A stretch of 64,000 bases of DNA from an uncultured virus (IMG/VR IMGVR_UViG_3300025614_000002) (lineage: Duplodnaviria > Heunggongvirae > Uroviricota > Caudoviricetes), in the IMG/VR virus record IMGVR_UViG_3300025614_000002. One strand, given 5' to 3'. Numbering within the stretch: position 1 is the stretch's first letter; every line of letters begins with the position of its first letter. The position numbers were made by a program, and so were the translations under genes. Below the pieces are notes generated by a model, which was not told the DNA's origin, ran no database searches, and was given only the letters and a program-made list of their open reading frames with translations. Shown one piece after another: positions 25,545-37,500 of this stretch.

Positions 25545-28500
25545 ATGGCCAACACCGGTACGCAGGCTGATCAGATCCGTGATCTCCTCGTGGAGCTCCT
25601 CGAGGCGTACGATCCGACGCTCAATCTGGCCCCGGGTGGGGCGGTGTACGACCGTGTTGTCGCTCCGCTCTACTCCTCCCTCGGTGTGGACGCGTTCGAT
25701 ACGGACCTCGAGCTCTTCCTCCTGACCCGACTGCGCCAGGAGTTCCCGAGTCTGCCTGCTGAGCAGGGCGACGCCATCGTTGACCTGGTCATTCGTCCTC
25801 TGCAGCTCCTTCTTGAGGGATTCAAGCGGGAACTGCAGATCATCCGACGGGGGCAGTCCGTCCGCAACTCGGGTCAGATGCGGATCCAGGATGCAGAAGA
25901 CCTGGCTGCCAACTTCTTCGTGAGCCGCCGAGAGGGGTCCCGGGCGGGAGGCACCGTCCGGATCTTCTTCGCGAACCCCACGTTCGTCTCGCTGCTGGCT
26001 TCGACCGAGCTCCGTACCTCTTCAGGGCTGGTCTTCTACCCGCGCGTTCCTCAGTTCTTCCGCCCAGAGGTGATGGCTGCTCAGCGTTCGGGGCAGCTCT
26101 ACTACCTCGATGTGGGCGTAGTCGCGGCAGAAGCCGGCGAGGAGTACAACGTCGAAGAGGGTGCGATCTCCTCGGTCATCGGGCTCGCCTCTGCCGTGCG
26201 CGCCACCAACCGGTTCGCATTCAACGGGGGCAGTTACCAGGAGACGGCCGAGCAGCTCCTCCAGAGGACGCAGACCTCTCTCACGGAGCGCAGCCTGAAC
26301 ACCCGCCGCGGAGTTCGCGCTCGGCTGTTCTCGGAGTTTCCCACAATCCGGAATATGGAAGTCGTCGGATTCGGGGATCCGGAGATGCAGCGGGATGTGA
26401 TCACAGGATCCGGCGGCGGAGATGTGATCACGTCGGGCATGAGCTTCGTTCTGGGTCGCTACGTGCTCCTGCTGTCGATGTTCGAGAATCGTGGCCGGGA
26501 TGGGGCTCGTCGAATCCGAGCCGGGAGCCGGATCGAGCTCAACTTCTGGAACTTCCTCTACGGAACGCGCCCGGAGGAGGCGAACCAGTTCTTCGGGGTC
26601 GACGAGGTGGTCTACGAGAGCTCGGAGGACCTGGTTGGGCTGCCCACGATCTACCTGCTGAAGCTGGACGCGGTTCCTGATGTCGATCCCCCTTCCGTCA
26701 GCCTGATCCCTGGCCTCCTTCCTGGGGTGTTCGCTGCTGCGTACGACCGGGCGGAGATCCGGATCTCAGACATTCCCGGGGGCATCACGAACCCCGACGC
26801 GAATGAGCAGATCATCATCCAGGACGGAGAGGTCCACATCGGCGGGCACTACGACGTGTACGTCCGCCCGTCTGCGTCCAGTTCGACCTCTACGCAGTAC
26901 GCCCCGCAGGCCAGCGAGGTTGCGGTGTACGAGGGAGAGGAGCTCACCCTCTCTGGGCAGATCGATGCAACGGCTCTGCGCGACTACGGGGCCCTCAAGA
27001 ACAAGGTGCATTCGCGGCTCCGGATCCACTACCGGCCCATCTCAGGAACGCTCACCGAGACCGAGGTGGTCAACCTCTTCGACGGCTCGAGCATCGAGGA
27101 GGACACCGGGGCCTACCTCCTGGATCTGAACACCGCAGAGCGGTACCTGGACCTGTGCTGCCTGACGTCCGACAACGACTGGTCTTCCGGCCAGATCAAG
27201 GGCGCGACCAGTGGTGCCGTCGTCGCCATCTCGAGCGTGGAGCAGGTCATCTGGGAGGACGTTGGGGTCTCTCGTGGGATGACCCTCAATGTGCTCACGG
27301 GACCTGATGCCGGGGTCTACAAGATCTTGGATGTGCGGGGTGTTGAGCTGGTGCTCGACCTGGACATGACTGCGTTGTCGTCTGATGTGCGATTCCGCAT
27401 CATCGACGAGACCGTAGTGGATGCGTTCTCGCCCCAGTCCCCGGTCTACCCGTTCAACGCGGACTCTGCGACGGGACTCCGCACGACCATTGGGTCTGCG
27501 ACGGTCCGGGTCTCCGAAGACCTGCAGCAGTTCGGAGTCGCCACCGGGCACACCTTCGAGATCCTCGATGGGGGCAACCAGGGGGTCTACCAGATCACCG
27601 GATTCGGCGCGAACGGGGGACGTAGCCCCATCCTGAACTCCGAGATGCGGTCTACCGACTCCAGTGCGTCCTTCAAGATCTACAGCTCTTCCGGTGGCCT
27701 CACCCGGCCGCTGGTCCGGGTGGCTCCCGGTGGCGTGGCGCTGCTCGATACGAGCGGGCAGGACACGGGCTACACCGTGCCTCCGGCCCTCCCGGTCGGG
27801 GCCGCTGCGTACGAAGGCTTCTCCGGCGCTCGGATCACGTACAGCGGGCTCAACGGGTTCGTGCTGGCAGATGCGGGCACCTCCTGGGCGCCGCAGAGCC
27901 ATACGCGGCTGCAGGTCTACGACATCGACTCCGCAACAGGTGAGCTGACGAACCCGTCTGCTGTGAGTCCGCGGTCCCCGGACGGTACGATCACGCAGAA
28001 GGACATGAAGACGATCTCCCAGTACTCTGGGCGTCCCGGCACTTGCTACACGGACGAGTGCCTCCCCAGCGATGACGACTACGTCGCTGTGATGTCTCTT
28101 GTGGAGCAGGGGCTGGGTTCTGGGTCTTTCCAGACGCACCTGGCGATTGACCTGCCCACGGCGGCCACCGACTTCCTGCAGTCGCTCCGCGATTGGATGG
28201 TGGAGCTCACCAGCATCTCAGGCTTCGACCTGGGCGCAGACTTCGAGGCGCTGGCGACGCTGTTCGCTCCGTTCACCCTCGACCCAGTGGATGCGGCCAA
28301 CCCGATCATCGCCCAGTACGAGGTGTTGATCCCGAAGGCCATCTTCGATGGCTGCAACAACGTCTTCATCGCCGCCCCAGAGTTCGACTGGAACAAGGCC
28401 TTCTCGGGATCCACGTTCGAAGATGCGATGGACGACTACAACAACGGAGAGCTGCGCAACACGCCTGCTGCGCTCTCAAACGCGAAGTCGGGGGACGTCC

Positions 28501-31500
28501 TCACCATCGATGTGGGAGTGAACGCCGGTTCATACGTCATCGACAAGGTCTATACCTACAAGATCTACCACGGCGGGAGCATCGTCTCGACCGATCCGTC
28601 GTCGTCCGCCGACGACTACTTGGATGCCCGCGTGGCTTACACGTTCTCCGTGGTCACGGTCAAGGGTGAGTTCCCGGTGGCGCCCCTTGAGGGCCTGGCG
28701 GACTTCTTCTCCACGAGGACCGCATCTCCCCTGGCCTTCCCGTCAGCTCCGAGCTTCGACGTGGAGAGCAAGATCACGACGGGCCCCTCAGCGGGCAAGG
28801 AGCTGGGACCGTGGGAAGTGGTCCAGGAGTCCTTCACCTGGCTGTTCGCGACTCTGGGCAGCGCCGGTTTCGACGTCCCCAGCGAGTTCGTCCTCGACGC
28901 CGGGGCGGTCCTGAAGAGCTTGACCAAGGGCTTCTTCGGCTCCTACCAGGTGGGCAGGCCGACGGCAGAGCAGATCGTACGGCTCTTCTTCACCGAGCCC
29001 ACCTCCGTCACGACGTTCGGCCCCACCAGCTGCGCGAACTACTCCTGGAATGAGGAGGTGACCAGCCCGGCAGATGTCACCGGAGGGGACATCACCCTCC
29101 CAGTGGCCAGCAGTGAGGGCCTCGAGGCGGCGCTCACGTTCGTGGGTGCAGCTTCACGTACCACCCTGACCGGCACAGTGACCGCTGCCATCGCGGCGCT
29201 GACCTCCTTCACTGAGCTGGCAACGGCGCTCCAAGAGCTGCTGGACCCGGACGAAGATCTGGTCCGGTTCACGGGTGCCGAGTCTTCCTGGGGAAGCACC
29301 ACCGGATCGATCACCGTGAGTCCGATTGAGCGCGGGGTGGGGACCACTCTGACAATCGCTGCAGAGGACCGTGAAGACGGATTCCGCCACTTCGGCTTCT
29401 CAGACGAGGAGGGAGGCGGAGTGCTCCAGATTCCGAACTCGGTGGCGTTCCCTGCCGCGGGCTTCCTGTCTCTGAGCGCAGAGATCGATACGACCCCGTT
29501 CGGGGTCTATTACGTCGAAGATGACGTAGTGATCGTGGTGGGAGAGACTCTCACGATCACCCAGACTCCTGGGGACTTCGACATCACGCCGCTGGCGGTG
29601 ATGCGCGTAGACGATCCGGTGTTCGGCGGCATCAAGACGGTGGTTCTGTTCGACCCGGCCAGCTTCGCGGTGCTGGACCCGGGGGACACTCCGCAGGTCA
29701 CTCTGGGCTCGGGTACCTACGACATCCTGAGTGCGTCGTCGGTTCTTGGCATCAACACCACCTCCGGCGCCACCTACCTGTACCTGGGGTACTCGGCTCT
29801 CGAAGAGACCCTGCTCACTGGAATGCAGGCATCCATCGTCTCCGCGATTCTGGCCGTGGCCATCTCCGACGGGATTCTGGGTGCGGCGACGAGCTACGAG
29901 TCCTGGGAGCAGGAGCTGATCACAGGGTTCAGCGTGGCGGGAGACGGCCTCGACCTTGAGATCTCCGTGGAGTCAGAATCGGACTGGATGGTCTTCGAGT
30001 TCCGGACCAAGCTCTACGACGGGACCACCCTCCTGTCGGTGAACATCGACACCTCCGCAGCCCTCACAGGGACGCTGACCCTCACGGAGATCTTCACCCT
30101 TGAGGTCACGCAGCTGGATGCCACGACGCTGACTGCCGCGCTGGCAGACAGTGGGGCCTCTGCGCTTGAGTTCGAGCAGGCCATTCTGGCGAACATCGCC
30201 AACGCCGATGACCTGGCGAGTGCGCTCAACGCCCTCAATGTGGCGGGAGATCTCGGTCAGTTCGTCTCCCTGTCTGCCGACGGGGGTGATCCTCAGGACG
30301 AGCTCGTCCTGCGGGTGCTGGCCGCTGACCAACAGGATGCGGTTCTGGAAGCTGCCACGTCGCTCTGCTTCGACGCTGCTACGCCGCACACCACTCTCGA
30401 GAGCGTGGTGTGGACTGCTGACGGAACTTCAGAGCCTGGAGAACTCCAGGAAGGAGTTCTGCATCCGAATGTGCCCACGCTGTTCAGTGTCCCCGCAGGC
30501 ACCACCGAGCTCCAGTTCGTGGCTTCGGGCACTGAGAGCCCGCGAGAGGTGTTCCCGGGAGCGTCCACGACCGGGCAGTCCACCCCCATGGAGCTGCCGC
30601 GGGATGCTCGGCTGTCCGCGCACTACGACGACGCGGGGTCCTTCCGGGCCATCGCATCCGACCCATCCCTTCCCGCATTCGTCCTTTCCGACGTGCATGT
30701 CGGGGAAGATTTCCTCCGCGTCTTCGAGCAGAAGATCCTGGCGGAAGTCGTCAGTTCTGCTTCTGAGGCCGTCCCGGAGAAGGCCGACCGGGTCATCGCT
30801 GTGGCGACCGAGGCCGGCTCCAACATCGTCAGCCTCCTGGGGACTGAGGACTACTCCTTCCTGTCTCCCACGTCTGAGCTGGACCGCGATGCTCTCCGTG
30901 AGGGGGACATGCTGTTCACGGAGGAAGGGGACCTGGCGTCGGGCTACCAGATCATCGATGTGGCCGAGAACCAGCTCACCCTGGATCGGCCCATGCCCTT
31001 CACCACGGGGCAGGTCTACCGGTCCGGAAACGAGGGCATGGTCGAGGAGACAGACATCTTCGTGGACCCCACAGGGCCGTTCATCTCGGACGATGTGGGT
31101 CGGTATGTCACCATCTACGCGTCGAATTTCCCTGGAATGGACGGCAGCTACCAGATCTTGGAGGTCACCAACGCCTCTACGGTAGTCCTCGACATGGACG
31201 CATTCCCCGTGACCGAGACCGGGCTGCACTGGGCGGTGGTCCGTGCGCCCGTAGACGAGCTCGGGGACTCTGAGATCGACGGGTTCAACGAGATGCACGG
31301 CCTCCGGCCGGTGCGGCTCTACTCGGGGATCCCCTCTGAGTGGCGGATTGTGGGGGTTCACCCCTCGATCAGCCGGCAGTCCTCGTACCTCACCTGCTCG
31401 TACAGCGACGCGTACTTCCCATCTCCGTACGAGGTCCAGCGCAACCTGGCCGCCTACGGGCCGATTCGAGGGGTCAACCAGCCCTACGCGGTGATCCGGA

Positions 31501-32276
31501 GGGCCACCAAGCACCTCTCATCGACCGAGATGAAGTCTCAGGGGCTTGATAGGGGCCTGTACTACGCAGATGTGCGGGCGTTCTCCCTGGGTGGAGACCC
31601 GGTCTTCAACATCCCGAAGGACACGTCCCTCACTCCTCTGTTCGGCACCTACCACTCCGATGGCTACCGCCTCGAGGTGGAGGACCCGCTGTTCTCGTAC
31701 AGCTCTGCGGAGCGGTGCAAGATCCGCATGAGTCCTCGATTCCTGCCCGCAGACCTCACGGACATCGAAGAGAACAAGATCTCTCTGGAGCGGTCCAGGT
31801 ACCAGGTCACCCATGAGTTCTCGTCTCTGGTGGCGCAGGTGCAGGCTCTCCTGCTGTCCCGGTCTGACCGCACGCTCTGCGCAGATCCCCTCGCGCGCCA
31901 CTTCCTGCCCTCCTACGTCTACGTGGACATCCGGGCCCTGGGCGGCGACTCCGAGAGCATGGCGGCGGACATCTACGCCTTCATCGACAGCCTCGAACCC
32001 GAAGAGGTCCTCGATGTCTCGCGGCTGGAGAAGTTCCTCCACTCCAACGACGTGTCCTCCTACGAGCACCCGGTGGTCATCCAGATCGTGACGCACGATC
32101 TCTACCGGCGGCGAGTCCTGACCAGGTCCACGGACACGATCGGCAGCTCCTTGGATGAGGCAGACTTCTCCGGAAGCCACCGCACGACGTTCTACATCCC
32201 GGGCCCTCCCAGCTTCTCCGATGGCTCCCGAGAGGGGGCAGAGCGCATCTTGATCTCGGGCAGGACCAATGGCTGA
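25545..32276 (+). CDS. Giant baseplate J/gp6-like wedge protein (2243 aa)
   Basis: N-terminal VSRREGSRAGGTVRIFF, VVAAEAGEEYNV..GAIS, TNRFAFNGG..QETAEQLLQR and GGHYDVYVR are baseplate-J-like. It has a very large internal expansion. Confidence 0.75.
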   Translation: MANTGTQADQIRDLLVELLEAYDPTLNLAPGGAVYDRVVAPLYSSLGVDAFDTDLELFLLTRLRQEFPSLPAEQGDAIVDLVIRPLQLLLEGFKRELQIIRRGQSVRNSGQMRIQDAEDLAANFFVSRREGSRAGGTVRIFFANPTFVSLLASTELRTSSGLVFYPRVPQFFRPEVMAAQRSGQLYYLDVGVVAAEAGEEYNVEEGAISSVIGLASAVRATNRFAFNGGSYQETAEQLLQRTQTSLTERSLNTRRGVRARLFSEFPTIRNMEVVGFGDPEMQRDVITGSGGGDVITSGMSFVLGRYVLLLSMFENRGRDGARRIRAGSRIELNFWNFLYGTRPEEANQFFGVDEVVYESSEDLVGLPTIYLLKLDAVPDVDPPSVSLIPGLLPGVFAAAYDRAEIRISDIPGGITNPDANEQIIIQDGEVHIGGHYDVYVRPSASSSTSTQYAPQASEVAVYEGEELTLSGQIDATALRDYGALKNKVHSRLRIHYRPISGTLTETEVVNLFDGSSIEEDTGAYLLDLNTAERYLDLCCLTSDNDWSSGQIKGATSGAVVAISSVEQVIWEDVGVSRGMTLNVLTGPDAGVYKILDVRGVELVLDLDMTALSSDVRFRIIDETVVDAFSPQSPVYPFNADSATGLRTTIGSATVRVSEDLQQFGVATGHTFEILDGGNQGVYQITGFGANGGRSPILNSEMRSTDSSASFKIYSSSGGLTRPLVRVAPGGVALLDTSGQDTGYTVPPALPVGAAAYEGFSGARITYSGLNGFVLADAGTSWAPQSHTRLQVYDIDSATGELTNPSAVSPRSPDGTITQKDMKTISQYSGRPGTCYTDECLPSDDDYVAVMSLVEQGLGSGSFQTHLAIDLPTAATDFLQSLRDWMVELTSISGFDLGADFEALATLFAPFTLDPVDAANPIIAQYEVLIPKAIFDGCNNVFIAAPEFDWNKAFSGSTFEDAMDDYNNGELRNTPAALSNAKSGDVLTIDVGVNAGSYVIDKVYTYKIYHGGSIVSTDPSSSADDYLDARVAYTFSVVTVKGEFPVAPLEGLADFFSTRTASPLAFPSAPSFDVESKITTGPSAGKELGPWEVVQESFTWLFATLGSAGFDVPSEFVLDAGAVLKSLTKGFFGSYQVGRPTAEQIVRLFFTEPTSVTTFGPTSCANYSWNEEVTSPADVTGGDITLPVASSEGLEAALTFVGAASRTTLTGTVTAAIAALTSFTELATALQELLDPDEDLVRFTGAESSWGSTTGSITVSPIERGVGTTLTIAAEDREDGFRHFGFSDEEGGGVLQIPNSVAFPAAGFLSLSAEIDTTPFGVYYVEDDVVIVVGETLTITQTPGDFDITPLAVMRVDDPVFGGIKTVVLFDPASFAVLDPGDTPQVTLGSGTYDILSASSVLGINTTSGATYLYLGYSALEETLLTGMQASIVSAILAVAISDGILGAATSYESWEQELITGFSVAGDGLDLEISVESESDWMVFEFRTKLYDGTTLLSVNIDTSAALTGTLTLTEIFTLEVTQLDATTLTAALADSGASALEFEQAILANIANADDLASALNALNVAGDLGQFVSLSADGGDPQDELVLRVLAADQQDAVLEAATSLCFDAATPHTTLESVVWTADGTSEPGELQEGVLHPNVPTLFSVPAGTTELQFVASGTESPREVFPGASTTGQSTPMELPRDARLSAHYDDAGSFRAIASDPSLPAFVLSDVHVGEDFLRVFEQKILAEVVSSASEAVPEKADRVIAVATEAGSNIVSLLGTEDYSFLSPTSELDRDALREGDMLFTEEGDLASGYQIIDVAENQLTLDRPMPFTTGQVYRSGNEGMVEETDIFVDPTGPFISDDVGRYVTIYASNFPGMDGSYQILEVTNASTVVLDMDAFPVTETGLHWAVVRAPVDELGDSEIDGFNEMHGLRPVRLYSGIPSEWRIVGVHPSISRQSSYLTCSYSDAYFPSPYEVQRNLAAYGPIRGVNQPYAVIRRATKHLSSTEMKSQGLDRGLYYADVRAFSLGGDPVFNIPKDTSLTPLFGTYHSDGYRLEVEDPLFSYSSAERCKIRMSPRFLPADLTDIEENKISLERSRYQVTHEFSSLVAQVQALLLSRSDRTLCADPLARHFLPSYVYVDIRALGGDSESMAADIYAFIDSLEPEEVLDVSRLEKFLHSNDVSSYEHPVVIQIVTHDLYRRRVLTRSTDTIGSSLDEADFSGSHRTTFYIPGPPSFSDGSREGAERILISGRTNG

Positions 32277-34584
32277 TCCCACCATCGTCAACCGCGTCCC
32301 CGGAGAGGGGGAGGAGATGAACCCTCTCCAGCCCGTCTACTTCGGGGTGCGGGATGCCGATTACCGAACCAGCTTGGCCTCGGTGTCGGCGCTGATGACG
32401 TTCTCGCAGCAGCAGTACGCAGCGGAAGAGCTCCCACAGGACGAGAGGTTCTTCATCGACGTGTTCAGCGATGGTGTCCCCATCGCGCGGACGGGCGAGA
32501 TCGTAGACCGTGCCCTGGACACTCCGCCGCAGGGCCCAGTGCTCACCTTGACCAACCAGTCGGCGGACACAGAGAGTGGGACCCTCTTCCTGGAAGAGAT
32601 CGCCACTCCGCGTGCGCCGGTAGGCTGTGAGATCCGGTTCTCCGTGCAGGCGTTCACACTGGGCACGGCGCTGCCCTACCAGGCGAACTCAGACTACGCA
32701 GGGATCATGTTCGGGCTGATTCACTGGCCCACTGGGTCTGCGGTGACGGTCTACCTGTGCGACGACGGTGCCACCAAGTACCTCGAGTTCGCCAGTCCTT
32801 CGCAGGATGGGTCGGGGACCCGCTCGGTGGCCGAGAGAATCGACTTCGACTGGAGTGTGAATCCTGTCGAGAATGACTTCCGGATCTTGTGGGATCTGAC
32901 CGCGACTACGGCCAAGATCTACCTCTTCTCCACCGATGCGGACAATGAAGAGACCCTTCTGCACTCGGAGTCCACCTCGGGATGGCCTCTTCTCCTGTCC
33001 TCCGCCCGCATGGGGAATCGCACCCGAGAGGACGAGGACGAGCGGGTCGTCGCGTTCGTAGGCATCGACGGGAACCGGAGCAGCGGGGACACCGAGATTG
33101 ACATCGAGGACATCGTACTCGAGCATCATGGTGAGATTCTCATCAGCAGTGGGATCCAGACTCCCCGCTCCTCCGCGGTGGTCACGTCGAATGCGATGAC
33201 GCGCGTGGTGGTGGCTTCGGACACCGCGTCCTGGACAAACCTGGATGCGTCTTTCGCGGGAGAGGAAGATGAGATCTTCAATCTCCAGCGCCTCGCAGAC
33301 TCATCCGACAGCTCGATGGTGGTCCGAGAGGAGACAGATCTGCAGTCGGAGTCGTTCCTGGTCCTCGGGAAGATGCAGCCCCAGAGCTCTCTGCACGCAG
33401 GGTCATTCAGCACTGGGATGGGGTTCACCCTGGTAGACGGCACGAAGGAGGCCAGTTTCAGGTTCCTCGAACGTGAGTCGATGACCGTCGGGATCTTCAC
33501 AGGCACCAACCGGGACATCGACACCGACTACGAGCAGGCGGAGCTGGACTGGAGCGACGAACTCCCCGAGCTCATGCTGATCGCGAACTCTGCGTCCGAC
33601 TTCTGCCATCTCTACGCGACCGACGGTTCCCTGCTCGACGAGGTTGAGCCTGAGATCTCCCTGGCGTACACCGCCCTCCCAGCAGCGGCAGACACCACCC
33701 CTCGAGTGTCCCTGGGGTTCGTGGACACCGACGGAGGGGTGGGCCTCTTTGATGGCTTCCTGGTCTCAGACTCGTTCACCCTGCTGCCCCGGTGCATCTT
33801 CTACTACCCGTACTTGTCGGCCGCGGTGCCCTCCGGGGATTGGACGGTCACGAGCTCTGACGCTGGGCACTCCTACGACGCGACCTCCAAGACCTGGCAG
33901 ATCCGCCCCACTGCGGAGGACGAGCACACATTCTGTTCTCTGACCTACGCAGAGCAAGACCTCCTCGTCAACGAGACAGGCCTGGCGGTGCTCATGCGCG
34001 TGACGGTCGGCGACCGCAAGGCGTATGGGCAGACCAACGAGCCGCGCATTCCCTCTCCTGCGCTGCTTGCCATCGATGTGGGCAGTGGGCGCTTCCTTCA
34101 GATCCAGTTCGTCTCAGATCTCCCGTCGTCAGACCCTGCGAGCCGCACGTTCGTGTTCGTCTCCCAGGACGCGCAGGACTACCTCGAGGTGCTCAACCCG
34201 CGCTCTGCGCTGGGACAGCTCATCTCGGCCCCCATCGACCTGTCGGAAGAGCACTTCATCCTGGTCGCGTATCGGCCGCGTGGGGGCATCCAGGTCTTCT
34301 TGGACATGGATCCGGCCCCTGCCATCGATATCCCCTGGGGCGAGAAGGATGTGGTTGCGCGGGAGGACGTAGCGAGCGTGCTGACCGGAACTACCGTGTC
34401 TATCGGCTCGATCCCGACGATTGACGCAGGAAACGTGATGGACGTGGATGTGCGGATGATCGCGTCGTCCCGTGGATCGGGACATGATTTTGCCGTTACA
34501 CTGGCGGTGCCAGAGGCGGACCTCGAGGACAAGATCTACGGGGCGCAGGCCAACGTCTTCATCGATGTCACGGACACTGACTGA
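32269..34584 (+). CDS. Putative tail/baseplate structural protein, acidic and beta-rich
   Basis: 771 aa, overlaps both neighbours. Confidence 0.7.
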   Translation: MADPTIVNRVPGEGEEMNPLQPVYFGVRDADYRTSLASVSALMTFSQQQYAAEELPQDERFFIDVFSDGVPIARTGEIVDRALDTPPQGPVLTLTNQSADTESGTLFLEEIATPRAPVGCEIRFSVQAFTLGTALPYQANSDYAGIMFGLIHWPTGSAVTVYLCDDGATKYLEFASPSQDGSGTRSVAERIDFDWSVNPVENDFRILWDLTATTAKIYLFSTDADNEETLLHSESTSGWPLLLSSARMGNRTREDEDERVVAFVGIDGNRSSGDTEIDIEDIVLEHHGEILISSGIQTPRSSAVVTSNAMTRVVVASDTASWTNLDASFAGEEDEIFNLQRLADSSDSSMVVREETDLQSESFLVLGKMQPQSSLHAGSFSTGMGFTLVDGTKEASFRFLERESMTVGIFTGTNRDIDTDYEQAELDWSDELPELMLIANSASDFCHLYATDGSLLDEVEPEISLAYTALPAAADTTPRVSLGFVDTDGGVGLFDGFLVSDSFTLLPRCIFYYPYLSAAVPSGDWTVTSSDAGHSYDATSKTWQIRPTAEDEHTFCSLTYAEQDLLVNETGLAVLMRVTVGDRKAYGQTNEPRIPSPALLAIDVGSGRFLQIQFVSDLPSSDPASRTFVFVSQDAQDYLEVLNPRSALGQLISAPIDLSEEHFILVAYRPRGGIQVFLDMDPAPAIDIPWGEKDVVAREDVASVLTGTTVSIGSIPTIDAGNVMDVDVRMIASSRGSGHDFAVTLAVPEADLEDKIYGAQANVFIDVTDTD

Positions 34585-37500
34585 TGCCGAGCACCCTCGA
34601 GACTCACCGCCTCGGCGTGGCCGACCTGAATCGGCGGCCAACCGCGCGAGTGACTCCCGAAGAGGCGACCGGCATCCTCGGCGCCATTCTGCCCATCAGT
34701 GGTGCAGGTTCCACCCTCGAGGGGCAGCCCTTCGACGACATGGCGTACACCTGGACCCTCCGCGCCCCCATCGGGAGCGAGGCCGAGCTGCGCTTTGAGG
34801 ATTCTCAGCAGCAGGTGGCGCAGCTCGAAGGGGACATCACCGGGGTCTACATCGTCAGCCTCGTAGTCTCCGCCAATGGCCTGGACAGTGAGGCGGCAGA
34901 AGCTGCGCTCTTCTTCTCGGCCGCCACGGTACCTGCAGTCCGCCGTCACAATGTGCCGGGCGACTTCATGTTCTCGGTGCTGTCGGATTTCTGGCGCTTG
35001 GTGAACGACCGGGAGGTCTTTCCCATCGTCTGGTCTTCCTACACGCAGGCGGTGGCCTCAGACTACCTGCGGGCATTCCAGATCGATCGAGCGAAGTCGA
35101 TTGCGACTGTTCAGCCGCTCTTCCAGGCGCGGTGGATCGATTTCAGTCCTGTAGTGGAGATCTCCGCACCCGAGGTGGACGCCATCTTTGGGTACCCGCA
35201 GAGCGGGACTGGAGCGTTCACTGGCAGCGTGACCTTCGTGGGGCAGGGGATTGTGGTCTCCCGGAGGGAGCTCCGCCTTCTGGGCGGGACCACGTCTCTG
35301 GCCATCGGGACTGACCTCCAGATCTTCGCCGGCTCCAGTGCAGGCGAGTACCAGATCAACCGGCTGAGCGCAGATGAGCAGGGGTACGTGGTGTCGGGCT
35401 CGACTCCGCTTCCCGGGAAAGATGTGGTCTTTTCCGGTGTGGACCTGGTGGCCCCTGTCTCTTCCCTGGATGCGCCCTACGCGCCCAGCACGGACTTCGA
35501 GGCAGAAGGAGTGGAGGTTGGAGACTTCCTTTCCATCTCTACGGGCCGTAATGCCGGGTACTACGAGGTGACTGCGGTGTCCGGGGCGACCCTGGCCGTC
35601 TCCCCCTCTCTGCCGTTCCGAGGGTCGAACATCTCGTTCGAGTTCCTGCGTCCGGTGCGCTGCAGCTTCCTGCGTCCTGCGGGCGCCGCCACCTCCACGG
35701 TCTACATCCCGTTCGACGAGGCAGATCTGACTGTCTACGACGCGCAGGATGTCCGCGGGGCCGGAGAGGTGGTGGCGCCGTACGAGATCACAGTTCAGGC
35801 AGAGCACGTCCTGGATTCCGCCCTCGGGCGGGAGCTTGTGATCCTCTCGGGGTCGCTCTCTGGGCAAAGATTCCCGATCTCTACGATCAACTCGGCGGGC
35901 TCTGGGTACATCGTCTCGCGCGCCATCCCACTGGAGACGTTCCCGGAGACCGTCCAGTACGGCTTTGTCGTGGGACGGGGGATTCAGGAGCGAATCCTGG
36001 CCCTCGATGGCGTTGGGCACCAGATCGCGTCGTACGAAGTCATCCGAGGATTGCCGCCAGAGGACGCCGGAGGTCGCGGAGACCTCTGGGCCGTGCGACT
36101 TGCCTCCGCGACAGCACCGGCCGGCGTAGAGGCGCTGCCGTGGCGAATCAGCCCCATCCTGAGATCCTCCGAGCAGGATTTCCAGGGCTTGGCGGTTCGT
36201 GCGGGAGATCTGCTCTACCTTGAGGTGAGCCGAGTAGACCTCGAAACCGCCACGCTGGTCCCCGCACAGGTGACGGGGGTGTCCGGGTCTGTAGTGGCGT
36301 TCGAGCTCGGAACGGGAGAGCTCGAGTACGGAACGGACGAGGACGGCAGGTACTACCGGGGTGAGCTCTCTGCCGAGGAGATTCTGCAGATCTCCGGAGA
36401 TCTCTCCATCCCGACGGTGACAATCGGGTCCACGGATGAGGCGCTGCTGACCAACGCGGCGCTGGACATCTACGCCCTGCTGAACGGGTCTACGTTCCGG
36501 CGAGAGATGTCCAACCTGCCGCTGGATCCGACTACATCGGTGGATCTGGGCGGGTTCTTCACGATTCGCGTGTGGCCGAAGAAGATCGTGCGGAACTCCG
36601 CCATCCCGCTCCTCGACCTGGTTGATCCGATCTACTCGGTCCCCGCCCTGTTCGAGTACCCCACAGCAGAGAGCGTGGCAGAGACCGCAGACGGCTGGCA
36701 GATCACCTACGAGGATCGGACCTCTGCCCTGCTGGACCGTGAGCCCGTACAGATGGTCGAGAACTCCGACTACCTGCTGGTCGGTTCCACGGTCTCTGGT
36801 GCCGCGCTGAGTACGACATCGGGTAGCGCCCGAGTCTCCATCGCAGACGTAGACCTTGTGTCCTCGGGCATCCGTGGTGGGGATAGCTTGGAGCTCCTGA
36901 CGGGGCTTAGCAAGGGCACCTTCGTGGTTCGCGCGGTGCTGTCGGCATCGGATCTACTGATCACCCCTCGGGATGTGGATGGCCGCTACCCCGTGGCCAC
37001 AGAGTCCGCGGTTGAGTTCACCATCTCCCGTGCGGAGGCGGTCACTACCCTTGAGATGGTGCGCAGCTTCTCTCCCTCGAGCCCTGCTCCAGAGGTCTTG
37101 TGGGCGCCGCTCGTCCTGCTGGAGAACACTCGGTACATCGAGGACAACTTCGGCCTCATGGTTGGGGCGGAGCGGGCAGATCTGGATGCGTTCGGCACGA
37201 CGCAGATCACCTACCGCTCGGCGGTCGCGGGCCTCATGTACGCATGGGCGACCGGGCCAGTGCTCAGAAGCGCGGAGATCGGGGCGCACATCCTGGGAGA
37301 TCTGCCGGTGACGGAGAAGCTCTGTGAGATCGTGGAGATCAACACGGAGTACACAGAGAACTACGGGCGCGTCCTGGTGGAAGAGCTCAACAATGAGGGG
37401 ACCGGGACAGGCCTTCTCCAGAGCTACCGGTACCGCCGTTCAGATCTCTACAGCCTCGCCACCTTCCGGGGCCTGGCACTCAACCCCGAAACGGGGCTGA

